Shown: positions 39,594 through 48,936 of the stretch, one piece after another | Position numbering within the stretch: the first letter of the stretch is position 1 | Layout: every line of letters begins with the position of its first letter | Source of the DNA: Candidatus Latescibacterota bacterium | Lineage (GTDB): Bacteria; Latescibacterota; UBA2968 | NCBI GenBank assembly: GCA_965116885.1 | Contig: OZ220741.1 | Coordinates: 2,304,001 to 2,368,000, forward strand | DNA length: 64,000 nucleotides | Direction: 5' to 3' | The notes under the pieces: model-generated | Told to the model about the DNA's origin: nothing | Database searches by the model: none | Seen by the model: the letters and a program-made list of their open reading frames with translations, nothing else | Program-made: the position numbers and the translations under genes

Positions 39594-42276
39594 GGAGAAC
39601 GATGCGGTCACACGCGATGGCGGGATAGTCTCGCACGGTAATGGATTTTTCCGAAGCAGATTCGATTTCGTAGCCGGTGCCTGCGCACAGGAGATAGGTT
39701 CCGGGTAGGGCGTCGGGATCAGGTAGGGTTTGCGATATATGATAGATGCGGTTGTCAACTGAAGTGATGTCGAGCGGGGTCTGCGCCTGCGAGAGTGTGA
39801 GGGTGTGACTGCCGCAGCGGAGTTCGGTGCCGCTGAGCAGATAAGCCCGTTGGAGATTGCCCTGATTGTCGATGGATGCATATGCGAATTTGCCTGTGAT
39901 GGAGATGGGACCGAGGTCGTGGGTTGTGCCTTCTGGGGCGGAGAGGATGTAGTCGGTACAGCCATCGCGTTTTACAGCTACTGCCATGGTGCTGGTGTCA
40001 GGGTCGTTCAGGATCAGGTGTGCGGATTGAACGGGTGATTTGTCGGTGTAGGGTGTGATGACGGCGGCGTACTGACTATTTGTGTTCGCGCCGTTTTTGC
40101 ATTCGGCCAGGATTTGCTGGACGGGTGGGGCGTTGAGCTGGTCGCCCAGGTCCGAGCGCCAGCCGGGCGCGTCTGCGAGCAGGAGGCGATGGATGGGGTT
40201 GAGCAGGGTGAGGTCCATTCGCAAGTTCTGGTTTTGCCAGGTGGCGGTGAAGGGTGTTTGGGGATGGTCGGCTCGGATGTTGTCGAGCCATTCGATTTGT
40301 TCGTCAACGGGTTGGAGATCGGCGCCGCGAATGTCCGTGAGGTGGCCGTTGCAGTGGAAGCCATACTGGTGGAGATTGCCGCCGTTTATTCGGAAGAAGT
40401 CGATGGCGTAGGTCTGTTCGCCGGGGATCTGGATGAGCGCGCAGGTGCGCTGGTAGCGATCGCACTGCTCGTACGGGGTGGCGGATGCCTGGACGATTTC
40501 GACGCCTGCGCCCGTGCCGAAGAGTTCCAGGATGGCGGGTTTTGGGTTGCCGCTCTGGTTTTGGGCGTCAACGGTGACGATGTTGTGGGAGAGGGTACTT
40601 TTGGTCCAGGCATTTCTGGGGTCGTCCCAGATATAACCCCTGTCTGCAGCCATTTCTCGCCCCTGGGCGATGTAGATGATGCCCAGGCTGTCGTAGTGGC
40701 GGTGGCCGCCAAAGCCATAACCGTTGAAGTAGAAGGCGGTGTGACCTTTTGGGTTTCCGCCGCGCAGGACGGCGACGTGCCAGCCGGGGAACCATTCGGT
40801 GTGGTGGGGCAAGTCGGTGTTCCGTTCGGCTACTATATCGGGATTTCGATGCCAGAGGGCGTATTCGTCGCCTTTTTGTGAGAGCGGGGCGTTCTGCGAT
40901 TTTTTCAGCAGACCGGCGTAGCGGTTGCCGTAGTGGGCGGATAGGACTTCGGCGTAGATGGGGTCGATGCCTCGGCCTTCTCGGGAGTCTCCGATGACGG
41001 GGTCTTGCAGGTTTGGGTCGAGCATGCGGACCATGCTTTCCAGAGCCAAGCGGTAGCGGTCGAAGTGCTGAAAGGGGTCCAGGTTTTTGAGGATTGGACC
41101 GGTTTCGGGTTCGTAGCCGTCGGGGTCGGAGTATCCAACGAGCAGTTCTGGTATGTCGCGCAACAGGTTGAGGTGCATGGCGGAATAGGCGGGGGATTCG
41201 GTGCAGAAGCCGTCGAAGTGAAAGGCGTCTTCGAGGAGGGTTTCAAGGCCTTCGATGGCGCGGCGCACGCTTTGTGGTTTATTGAAGAGTATGCCGACGG
41301 CGGCGCTTAGTGCGCGGCCGGGACCGCATTTGTTGTTGATTTCGCTCCAGTTTTCGGTGTCTGCACAGCCAGCGAGGATGAGGTCGTTGACGATGCGGTG
41401 ATCCATTTCGGGTGTGAGGACGGGTGAGCCATCTTGATATTGAGCCGTTCGGATGAGATCGTAGGCGAGGGTGACCTGGAGAATGCTTCCGCCATCGGAG
41501 CCACTGCAACCAAAGCGTCCGGCGCCCCAGAAGCCGTTGTTGAGTACCGCATAGTTTCCTTCTCGATGGCGGCCTTCAAAGGCGGTGATGATGGTTTCGA
41601 CGGGAAAACGCCCGGCGCGGGGATATTTGCCCAGGGAGATGGCGACTTCGGCTGGTGGACAATCCGCTATGGTGCCGTCGTAGGAGTGGAAGAGCCAGTT
41701 GGGGTATCGCCGTGCCATGCAGTCCATGATATAGGCGCACCACCGGGCGTATAATACGTCATCTGTGAGGGCGTATAATTTGGCAAGCGGTAGCATTTGT
41801 TCAAAGCACCAGCGGCTTTTTTTTGTGCGGATGATGCCGGTCCAGCTCGTGTGTACGGGCCACCGGACCCACTTGAAGGCGTGTTCGCCGGATTTGTCAT
41901 CGGGGTGGGCGCGTTCTTCGTCGGTGAGGTAGAAGGTGAAGGTCTGGTTCATTCTGGGCGCGGTGATGCTGCCGGTCTCGGGATAGTTGGCGTTGGGGTA
42001 TTCGGTTTTGCAGTATTTGCAGATGAGTTTATCCGGATCGGTGGGATCCCATTCGTACAGGCCGGTTTCGCCCATGGAGGAGAGGCGGTTGACGCAGGCG
42101 GGGCAGTTCTGGCCGTATTCGGGCCAGGGGGTGAGTTCGGGCATCATGGTGTCGATAAAGTCGCGGTTCTGGTCCATGAGGTAGGCGACCTGTTGTTTCC
42201 AGCTTTCGAGGAGGGCCTGCGCCCAGGGATAGCGTCTGAGGTTTTCACGGGCGTTTTCAACGTTGAGAAGGGGCAT
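39550..42276 (-). CDS. Heparinase II/III-like polysaccharide lyase family protein
   Basis: DGF..ESPAY, GH.H.D.L, D.GY, T.SHN.VTVD motifs; start at MPLLN behind GGAG (alternative 42306); 3' end overlaps coaX by 44 nt. Confidence 0.8.
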   Translation of the reverse strand: MPLLNVENARENLRRYPWAQALLESWKQQVAYLMDQNRDFIDTMMPELTPWPEYGQNCPACVNRLSSMGETGLYEWDPTDPDKLICKYCKTEYPNANYPETGSITAPRMNQTFTFYLTDEERAHPDDKSGEHAFKWVRWPVHTSWTGIIRTKKSRWCFEQMLPLAKLYALTDDVLYARWCAYIMDCMARRYPNWLFHSYDGTIADCPPAEVAISLGKYPRAGRFPVETIITAFEGRHREGNYAVLNNGFWGAGRFGCSGSDGGSILQVTLAYDLIRTAQYQDGSPVLTPEMDHRIVNDLILAGCADTENWSEINNKCGPGRALSAAVGILFNKPQSVRRAIEGLETLLEDAFHFDGFCTESPAYSAMHLNLLRDIPELLVGYSDPDGYEPETGPILKNLDPFQHFDRYRLALESMVRMLDPNLQDPVIGDSREGRGIDPIYAEVLSAHYGNRYAGLLKKSQNAPLSQKGDEYALWHRNPDIVAERNTDLPHHTEWFPGWHVAVLRGGNPKGHTAFYFNGYGFGGHRHYDSLGIIYIAQGREMAADRGYIWDDPRNAWTKSTLSHNIVTVDAQNQSGNPKPAILELFGTGAGVEIVQASATPYEQCDRYQRTCALIQIPGEQTYAIDFFRINGGNLHQYGFHCNGHLTDIRGADLQPVDEQIEWLDNIRADHPQTPFTATWQNQNLRMDLTLLNPIHRLLLADAPGWRSDLGDQLNAPPVQQILAECKNGANTNSQYAAVITPYTDKSPVQSAHLILNDPDTSTMAVAVKRDGCTDYILSAPEGTTHDLGPISITGKFAYASIDNQGNLQRAYLLSGTELRCGSHTLTLSQAQTPLDITSVDNRIYHISQTLPDPDALPGTYLLCAGTGYEIESASEKSITVRDYPAIACDRIVLLNATTFDLTKPAHA

Positions 42277-42485
42277 GAGTACTCCGGTGGAATTAGTTGG
42301 TCTCATTGTGCGCTATAGAGTTTCTTTAATATATTGAGAAACGCATCTTGTGTCTAACCAAAGAATGTGGGCACAAGATAGCTGATTGTTTCTCATTTCT
42401 TGCGTCTTGTGTCTCTCTTTTGTAATATCTCCACTGACCAGACGCATGATACTATAATACAGGCTTTTTACTTTGGAGGAATACG

Positions 42486-43523
42486 ATGGGAAAGCAGCAA
42501 ATAGCAGCAACGACGCTCAACAAAGACGATTTGATCGTTATTTGTGGGGCGGGCGGTTTTATTGCTGGTGCGCTGACGCGATATTTTCACGATCAGGGCT
42601 TTGTGCGGCTTCGCGCTGTTGATAAGAAGCCTTTGCCCGAGTGGTACCAGCGCGTGCCGGGTGTGGAGAATTTGTGTTTGGATTTGAGCGATGAAGACAA
42701 TTGCAAGCGGGCCGTTGAGGGTGCTGTCGAAGTGTACAATCTCGCGGCGGATATGGGGGGAATGGGATTTATCGAGCGGTTCAGAATCGACTGTTTGCGG
42801 AGTATTCTGATCAATACCCATCTGATTGAAGCGGCTTATTGGGCGGGTGTTGGGCGGTATTTCTTTTCTTCTTCTGCCTGCGCGTATAATACTGAATTGC
42901 AGGAGGACCCCAATGTGCGCGCACTGAAAGAGTCAGATGCGTATCCGGCTATGGCAGAGCGCGGGTACGGTTGGGAGAAGTTGGTTTCGGAGATGTTTTG
43001 CGAGGAGTACTGGTCCGAACGCGGGATGAAGACGGCGATTGCGCGGTTCCACAATGTGTATGGTCCTTATGGGACGTGGGATGGGGGCCGGGAGAAGGCG
43101 CCTGCAGCACTTTGTCGCAAGGCGATTGAGGCCAAAGATTGTGGCAAGCTCGAGATTGATATTTGGGGCGATGGCAACCAGACGCGCAGTTTTATGTATG
43201 TTGACGATTGTATCAAAGGCGTCGATATGATTATGCACAGTGAGGATCTGGTTGCAACGCCTATTAATCTGGGTTCGAGTGAGCTGGTTTCTATCAATGA
43301 ACTGGTGAGTGTTATTGAGGAAATTGGCAGTATTAAACTCAATCGCACGTATGATTTGACTGCGCCTCAGGGCGTTGCTGGTCGCAATAGCGACAATGCG
43401 ATGATTAAAGAAATTCTCGACTGGGAGCCGGATACTTCTTTGCGAGACGGTATGGCTAAGACTTATGCCTGGATTGCACAGCAATATGCGGACCGGAAAG
43501 CGGGTAAGCGTACGGTGAGTTGA
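42486..43523 (+). CDS. GDP-mannose 3,5-epimerase-like extended SDR
   Basis: GAGGFIAG, LAADMGGMGFI, SSAC.Y, YGWEK, GGREKAPAALCRK, QTRSF. Confidence 0.85.
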   Translation: MGKQQIAATTLNKDDLIVICGAGGFIAGALTRYFHDQGFVRLRAVDKKPLPEWYQRVPGVENLCLDLSDEDNCKRAVEGAVEVYNLAADMGGMGFIERFRIDCLRSILINTHLIEAAYWAGVGRYFFSSSACAYNTELQEDPNVRALKESDAYPAMAERGYGWEKLVSEMFCEEYWSERGMKTAIARFHNVYGPYGTWDGGREKAPAALCRKAIEAKDCGKLEIDIWGDGNQTRSFMYVDDCIKGVDMIMHSEDLVATPINLGSSELVSINELVSVIEEIGSIKLNRTYDLTAPQGVAGRNSDNAMIKEILDWEPDTSLRDGMAKTYAWIAQQYADRKAGKRTVS

Positions 43524-43639
43524 GAGAAGTGTGAAGTAGGAAGTGTGGAACGATGTACAATTGGTCGCATTCCAGACCAATTCACTGTGAAGAAGCACCC
43601 GCCATCTGCGTCCATCTGCGGATGCTTTTGGAGAATTAT

Positions 43640-44434
43640 ATGAGTAAAGATATTACGAGCGTTATTGGCAATATTCCCTTTCGCATGGCTTTTGCCGGTG
43701 GGTGGATTGATCAGCCGTTTTTGTCACAGCTCAATCCATCGCCTCCCGGGTCTATGGTTGTGGTTTCGCTCGAGCCGACCAGCCGTTTTATGAATCGCTG
43801 TGGTATGGCGACGAGTACGCGAGATGTTGCGATGAGGCTCTGGGGTTCTACGTTTCCCGACCGCGCGCCATCCGATCTGGTGAAGGAATTGTACACAGTT
43901 GAAAATGAGGGCAAGGCCGAGCCGTCGGGGTCGCAAGATATGGTCGGGTTGCTTTATCCAGGTGTGAGCAGGCTCGACTACGATTGCGAGTACGAGGGGG
44001 GGTATTTTCCGGTTCATATCGAGTCCAATAATGATCCCTATGTCGCGCGTTGGCTCGAGGATGTGATCTACATGGTTCCGGTTGCGCCGCGGCCCGATGG
44101 CTATGAGCCGTTGGGTGAGAAGAATTTGGATCCGATATGGATTGAGAGATTGAGTCAGTCGGGCAAGGATTGTTATGATGCGATTATTGCCAGAGATGCG
44201 CGTGGATTGGGCGCGTCGTTGAATGAGTGTATGGTGTGTTGGGAGACTCTTTTGCCGCATACGGTGCGCCACCCAACTATCCGGATTGATTTGATGGGTA
44301 TTCTGGAATATTATCAATCGAGATATGTTGGGGCGATGTATTCGGGTTGTGGCGGTGGGTATATTTACGTTGTGTCTGAAGAACCCGTGCCGGGCGCACT
44401 TCGCGTGGATGTTCGATATGATAAAGGGACGTGA
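43640..44434 (+). CDS. GHMP-kinase-like sugar kinase
   Basis: PFRMAFAGGWID, GMATS, SGSQD, SGCGGGY. Confidence 0.75.
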   Translation: MSKDITSVIGNIPFRMAFAGGWIDQPFLSQLNPSPPGSMVVVSLEPTSRFMNRCGMATSTRDVAMRLWGSTFPDRAPSDLVKELYTVENEGKAEPSGSQDMVGLLYPGVSRLDYDCEYEGGYFPVHIESNNDPYVARWLEDVIYMVPVAPRPDGYEPLGEKNLDPIWIERLSQSGKDCYDAIIARDARGLGASLNECMVCWETLLPHTVRHPTIRIDLMGILEYYQSRYVGAMYSGCGGGYIYVVSEEPVPGALRVDVRYDKGT

Positions 44435-44435
44435 T

Positions 44436-45233
44436 ATGAAGACGGTCATTGTTTCAGGCAGTTTTGACGATATGAGGGCGCGCGATATCCGTTTTTTGCA
44501 AGAGGCTTCCCGATACGGATGTCTTCACGCGCTGGTGTGGGGGGATGATGCCATTGAAGGGCGACCCAAATTTCCACAAGAAGAACGCATGTATATGATG
44601 GATGCGATTCGCTATGTGGATCGCGCGACGCTTGTGACGGAATTGGCAGATAGAGACGGTCTTCCCGATGCGGTCCAGGCCGATATGTGGGTGGTGGATG
44701 AACGAGACGATACGCCGCAGAGACGACATTTTTGCGGTGTACACAATATTGCATATCGCGTTTTGACTGCAGATGATGTGAGGGGGTTTCCGGTAGGTGA
44801 GACAGCGGATGGGGATGCGAATCAAAAAAAAGTGATTGTTACGGGGTGTTTTGACTGGTTCCACTCCGGGCATATCCGATTTTTTGAAGAGGTGTCTGAG
44901 TTGGGCGATTTATACGTGGTTGTGGGGCACGATGCAAATGTCCGTTTGCTCAAGGGGGAACATCATCCGATGTTCGATGAAGACGAACGCCGATATGTGG
45001 TGCAATCTGTCCGTTTTGTCAAACAGGGGCTTATTTCCTCTGGCGATGGATGGATGGATGCCGCGCCTGAGATTGCGGTTATTAAACCGGATATTTACGC
45101 GGTGAATGAAGACGGTGATAAGCCGGAGAAGAGAGTTTTTTGTGAGGAACACGGTCTGGAATACGTCGTGTTAAAACGCGCGCCAAAGGAGGGATTGCCC
45201 CGCAGAGAAAGCACGGTTTTGCGAGGGTTTTGA
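44436..45233 (+). CDS. Tandem cytidylyl/adenylyltransferase (two CTP_transf-like domains)
   Basis: Domain 1 VSGSFDDMRARD; domain 2 VTGCFDWFHSGH; both have ER...V..(I/V)R.V. Confidence 0.82.
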   Translation: MKTVIVSGSFDDMRARDIRFLQEASRYGCLHALVWGDDAIEGRPKFPQEERMYMMDAIRYVDRATLVTELADRDGLPDAVQADMWVVDERDDTPQRRHFCGVHNIAYRVLTADDVRGFPVGETADGDANQKKVIVTGCFDWFHSGHIRFFEEVSELGDLYVVVGHDANVRLLKGEHHPMFDEDERRYVVQSVRFVKQGLISSGDGWMDAAPEIAVIKPDIYAVNEDGDKPEKRVFCEEHGLEYVVLKRAPKEGLPRRESTVLRGF

Positions 45234-45323
45234 TTCTTTACAATGAAACTTTATCGCGGAGCGTTTTGTCTTTGTATTTAGTGAAATTAAGACCTCTATA
45301 GCTCCAAATAACAGGATTGTGCG

Positions 45324-46856
45324 ATGTCAAATATTCTTCTCGATAAACCCGATATCGAATTGCATCTTAAAACGCTCGGCTTTGATAGAGAGCTTGCTTA
45401 TAGACTCTGGTGTTACCGCAATGGATTGGATACCGGTCTGGACAAGACCGCTGCTCAACGTCAGGCGGAAATTGATCTTTTGCAACGCGAGGTTGAGCAG
45501 CGCGATCCCGATGTTAGTCCGAGACACAATGCCCATCGCGCCAAATTTATTGCCCGTATCTTTAAAGGCGAGCTTCAGGACGAGACTGTCTCCGATTTGC
45601 TCTTTCGCATTCGCGCGATTTACAATAATCTCGATGGTGATCCCGATGCACAACGAGCATTGGGTCGTCTGGTTCTGCATGTTGAAAAATATGGCGACTT
45701 GATGCGGCCCGCACGCGCTTGCAAGCGTTTTGGTCATACGGTTGTCAATACCTATATCGCCGCTTTTGAGCAACTCGCTCGCAATCACGCGGATTGGATT
45801 CGGCCCGTTGAGGATTGGCGACCTAATAGCTATAAACCAGCGCACCAATTCTATAGCCTTGCGCGTCATCTTCTGGCACAATACGATGTGCCCACATTTT
45901 TTGATACGGCATTTTTGCAGGGCAATACACCAAAGGCGCGACAGGAACAAGCGTGGTTCATTCACGTTGGCATGGGGCAAAATATCCGCACAGCCGGTGT
46001 GCCTATGCGGATTACAAAGCGCATGGCGCATTTGCTTTTGCAAGAAAAACGCGGTTATCACACGGTTGTTCAGTGTCTTCGCAAGGTTCAGTATATAGCT
46101 TATGGCGGCAATCCGAAAAGTGCATGGGAAATTGCCCAGGGGCCGCTGGGGGAAGGATTCGAGAACGAAGATTTTTGGGAGACTGTTGTCCATTTTCTCG
46201 CCAATCAGGCTTTTCTCGAACGCAGCTATATCAATCCCATTATCGACTATATCCGCAATCAAAAATTCACGCCTCAGCGCATTCCGCAACCCGATGGCAC
46301 GGAGATCGAAGGTCCGCCGCCACATCCCAATTTTTGCATGAAGGGGCGCAGTATTAACAAGCTTCTCCGCCAGGTCGATGTATGGCATCAAGAGCTTACG
46401 GGTTTGGAAGATGTCGAGTTGGAAATCTGGGCGTCTTCTGGATTCAGGGAGTTTGAACACGTGACGCTGGATCCCAGGCTCAAACGCAATATTCAGTGGA
46501 CGGTTCACGAACTCATTACTTCGCAACAACTCTATGCCGAGGGGCGCATTATGCATCACTGCGCGGGGTCTTATGCCAAACGCTGTGCGGCGGGTGAGCG
46601 ATCTCTCTGGTCTTTGCGCGCGCTCGATCTCGACGCTGAGGAGGAAAATCAGGTGCAGGAGCATGTGCTTACCATTGAGGTCGATAATAAGAAAAAATCC
46701 GTCGTTCAAAACGCTGGCAAATTCAATCTCAAACCCTTTGGCAAAAAACATCTCGCCAAACAACGCCAAACGGGGAATGTCTATCTCCATCTCCTCCGCG
46801 AGGCGCCGACGATTATGCGTCTGTGGATGAATCGCGAAGGGTTGTCCCATGGATAG
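45324..46856 (+). CDS. PcfJ domain-containing protein
   Basis: C-terminal WH...EL...L..EGR.MHHC.GSY...C..G...WSL...LTIEV. Confidence 0.8.
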   Translation: MSNILLDKPDIELHLKTLGFDRELAYRLWCYRNGLDTGLDKTAAQRQAEIDLLQREVEQRDPDVSPRHNAHRAKFIARIFKGELQDETVSDLLFRIRAIYNNLDGDPDAQRALGRLVLHVEKYGDLMRPARACKRFGHTVVNTYIAAFEQLARNHADWIRPVEDWRPNSYKPAHQFYSLARHLLAQYDVPTFFDTAFLQGNTPKARQEQAWFIHVGMGQNIRTAGVPMRITKRMAHLLLQEKRGYHTVVQCLRKVQYIAYGGNPKSAWEIAQGPLGEGFENEDFWETVVHFLANQAFLERSYINPIIDYIRNQKFTPQRIPQPDGTEIEGPPPHPNFCMKGRSINKLLRQVDVWHQELTGLEDVELEIWASSGFREFEHVTLDPRLKRNIQWTVHELITSQQLYAEGRIMHHCAGSYAKRCAAGERSLWSLRALDLDAEEENQVQEHVLTIEVDNKKKSVVQNAGKFNLKPFGKKHLAKQRQTGNVYLHLLREAPTIMRLWMNREGLSHG

Positions 46857-47895
46857 TACTGCGATAGCCGGTCACGCGTTTCCCTTTGTCGAAGTTTCTG
46901 GTACGGCGTACGATATGGGTTATCAGCACGGCAAACAGGCTGCGGATCTCGTGCATAAATATCTCGTGTGGATTGATAAACTCACGGGCAAATCTCGCGA
47001 TGAACTCTGTCAAAGCGCGCGTGCTTTTCATCCCTTAATTAAAAAGCTGAGTCCGCTGCTTATGGAAGAGATTCGCGGGCTGGCCGATGGTGCGGATATT
47101 TCTTTTGACGAGGCGCTTTTGTGTCAGGCGCGGGGTGAAGCCGCCAGTGTTCCGCCCGAGGGGTGTACGGCTTTCGCGCTTACTGGCTCTGCGACTGCCG
47201 ATGGGTATCCTCTGGCCGGTCAAAATCAGGATCTCGCGGTCGAATACGCCGATGTCGCCATTCTTTTGCACGTCTGTCCTTCTGATGGTCGGCCCCGGGC
47301 ATTGCTTTTCACTTTTGCGGGACAGTTGGGTTATTCGGGTATGAATCAGTACGGTCTGGCTCATTTTGCCAATGCGCTTTACGATTGCCCCTGGCAGATG
47401 GGCTTGCCTCACTATCCGCTCAAACGCATTATGCTGGAGCAGAAGGGTCTGGATACCTGTCTTCGGATTCTCAGACGGCATCCTACCTGTTCGGCCGGGA
47501 ATATGGTTTTTTGTTTTGGCGATGGGCAGATTGCCGATCTGGAAATCCGCCCCGAAGGCGTGATGCAATTTACCGATACACATCCCGATGCGATTGTTCA
47601 CGCCAATCACTATCTCACGCCCGAATTTGCACCCTGCGAAACCAATAGTCTTGCGGATTCTTGCCCTCGGCGCGATAGGATGCGCGATCTGGTCAAAGAA
47701 CACTGGGGCGATATTACGGTGGATACGATGAAGGCCATTCTCTCGGATCACGATGGCGACCCGGCAGCGATATGTCGCCACGGTGCTGTAGATATGTTTT
47801 CTATTTCGGGTTATATCGCCGAACCCGCAAAGGGGTTGCTCCACGTGAGACGCGGACTGGGCTGTACGGGAACGTGGACGGCTTATGAGGTGTAG
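46849..47895 (+). CDS. C45 family Ntn-hydrolase (isopenicillin-N acyltransferase-like)
   Basis: G.QHG, EEIRGLADG, GCTAF (G|C autocleavage), GQNQD, GMN, HANHY. Confidence 0.9.
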   Translation: MDSTAIAGHAFPFVEVSGTAYDMGYQHGKQAADLVHKYLVWIDKLTGKSRDELCQSARAFHPLIKKLSPLLMEEIRGLADGADISFDEALLCQARGEAASVPPEGCTAFALTGSATADGYPLAGQNQDLAVEYADVAILLHVCPSDGRPRALLFTFAGQLGYSGMNQYGLAHFANALYDCPWQMGLPHYPLKRIMLEQKGLDTCLRILRRHPTCSAGNMVFCFGDGQIADLEIRPEGVMQFTDTHPDAIVHANHYLTPEFAPCETNSLADSCPRRDRMRDLVKEHWGDITVDTMKAILSDHDGDPAAICRHGAVDMFSISGYIAEPAKGLLHVRRGLGCTGTWTAYEV

Positions 47896-47902
47896 TGTTT
47901 TT

Positions 47903-48841
47903 TCAGGGGGTCCAGGTTTTGGCGCGTTCGGCGTAGTCCCGGGCCTGGGCAGGGATATTTACGCCGACTTCTTCGGACCAGGCTGCGAGGAGCTGTTGAT
48001 AGATGGGGCCGGGTTTGCCGGTGCCGACGGGTTGGAAGTTGAAGCGGGTGATGGGTACCATACAGATGGTGGTTGATGTGTACCAGGCTTCGTCGGCTTC
48101 TCGCACGTCGTAGGGTTCGATGTCGGTTTCATAGACGGGGATGTTCAGTCTTGTAGCGAGGTCCATGCAGACCTGCCGGGAGACGCCGCGCAGGATGTCG
48201 TGTGGTTTGGGTGTGTGGATTTCGCCATTGCGGGCGATGAAGAAATTGGTGCCAGTGCCTTCGGTGATAAAGCCGCGTTCGTCGGTGAGGAGGGCGTTGG
48301 CACCTTTTTCCATGCGTTGAGCCTGGAGGTTGGCAATCTGGTAGTAGATGCGGCTGCGGTTTTTGGCTTTGGGGTCGATATACCGGGCGGGTACGGATTG
48401 CTGGGGCGTGATGACGAAGTGAGTGCCCTGTTCGTAATAGTGGGCACTGCCTCCAATGTGGCGCACGAGTGGGATGACGTTGATGGTGACGATGGGACTG
48501 GCACCTTCTGTGACGAGGGTGTCGTAAAAACCCAGGGCACCCCGGGTGACGTTGTGCATGATCTGAAAGTCCAGATTTTCCAGGGCGGGCAGATTTTTTT
48601 TTCTCGTTTGGTGTGTGGCGTCTTCCATCTGGTCGATGCTGAGGCCGCAGTCGATTTCGGCGTATTTCATGGAGGCGTACAGGCGTTTTAAATGGTTGCG
48701 AAGGCAGTAGGGTTTTTGCTTGAAGGAGCGGGTCATTTCAAATACCATGTCTCCAAACATCAGGGCGGAGTCGAAGATGGAGATACGGGCTTCGCGTTCG
48801 GGAACGAAATTTCCGTTGAAATAGACGAGGCGCTGGGGCAT
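47903..48841 (-). CDS. Class IV PLP aminotransferase (branched-chain/D-amino acid type)
   Basis: YFNG.FVP, GD.VFE, H..RL..S, EG.G.NFF, L.GVSR. Confidence 0.9.
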   Translation of the reverse strand: MPQRLVYFNGNFVPEREARISIFDSALMFGDMVFEMTRSFKQKPYCLRNHLKRLYASMKYAEIDCGLSIDQMEDATHQTRKKNLPALENLDFQIMHNVTRGALGFYDTLVTEGASPIVTINVIPLVRHIGGSAHYYEQGTHFVITPQQSVPARYIDPKAKNRSRIYYQIANLQAQRMEKGANALLTDERGFITEGTGTNFFIARNGEIHTPKPHDILRGVSRQVCMDLATRLNIPVYETDIEPYDVREADEAWYTSTTICMVPITRFNFQPVGTGKPGPIYQQLLAAWSEEVGVNIPAQARDYAERAKTWTP

Positions 48842-48880
48842 GGGGAGGCCTTTCGTGAGGGTCGGAGATTGGGAAAAGGA

Positions 48881-48898
48881 TTGTTATATATACGACAA
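48881..48898. promoter_or_regulatory. GntR-family-like operator palindrome
   Basis: TTGTTATATATACGACAA (TTGT-N10-ACAA with TATATA core) in the divergent intergenic region. Confidence 0.4.
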
Positions 48899-48936
48899 TT
48901 TTTTTGAAATTCAAATTGTCCTGAAGGAGGATGGCG

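Noticed and set aside
45327..46850. 507-aa antisense ORF spanning the PcfJ gene
   Set aside because: Exact codon-register mirror with no recognisable motifs; similar shadows occur over other genes here (20041-21117, 32958-34031, 59180-60208), consistent with low TTA/CTA/TCA usage.
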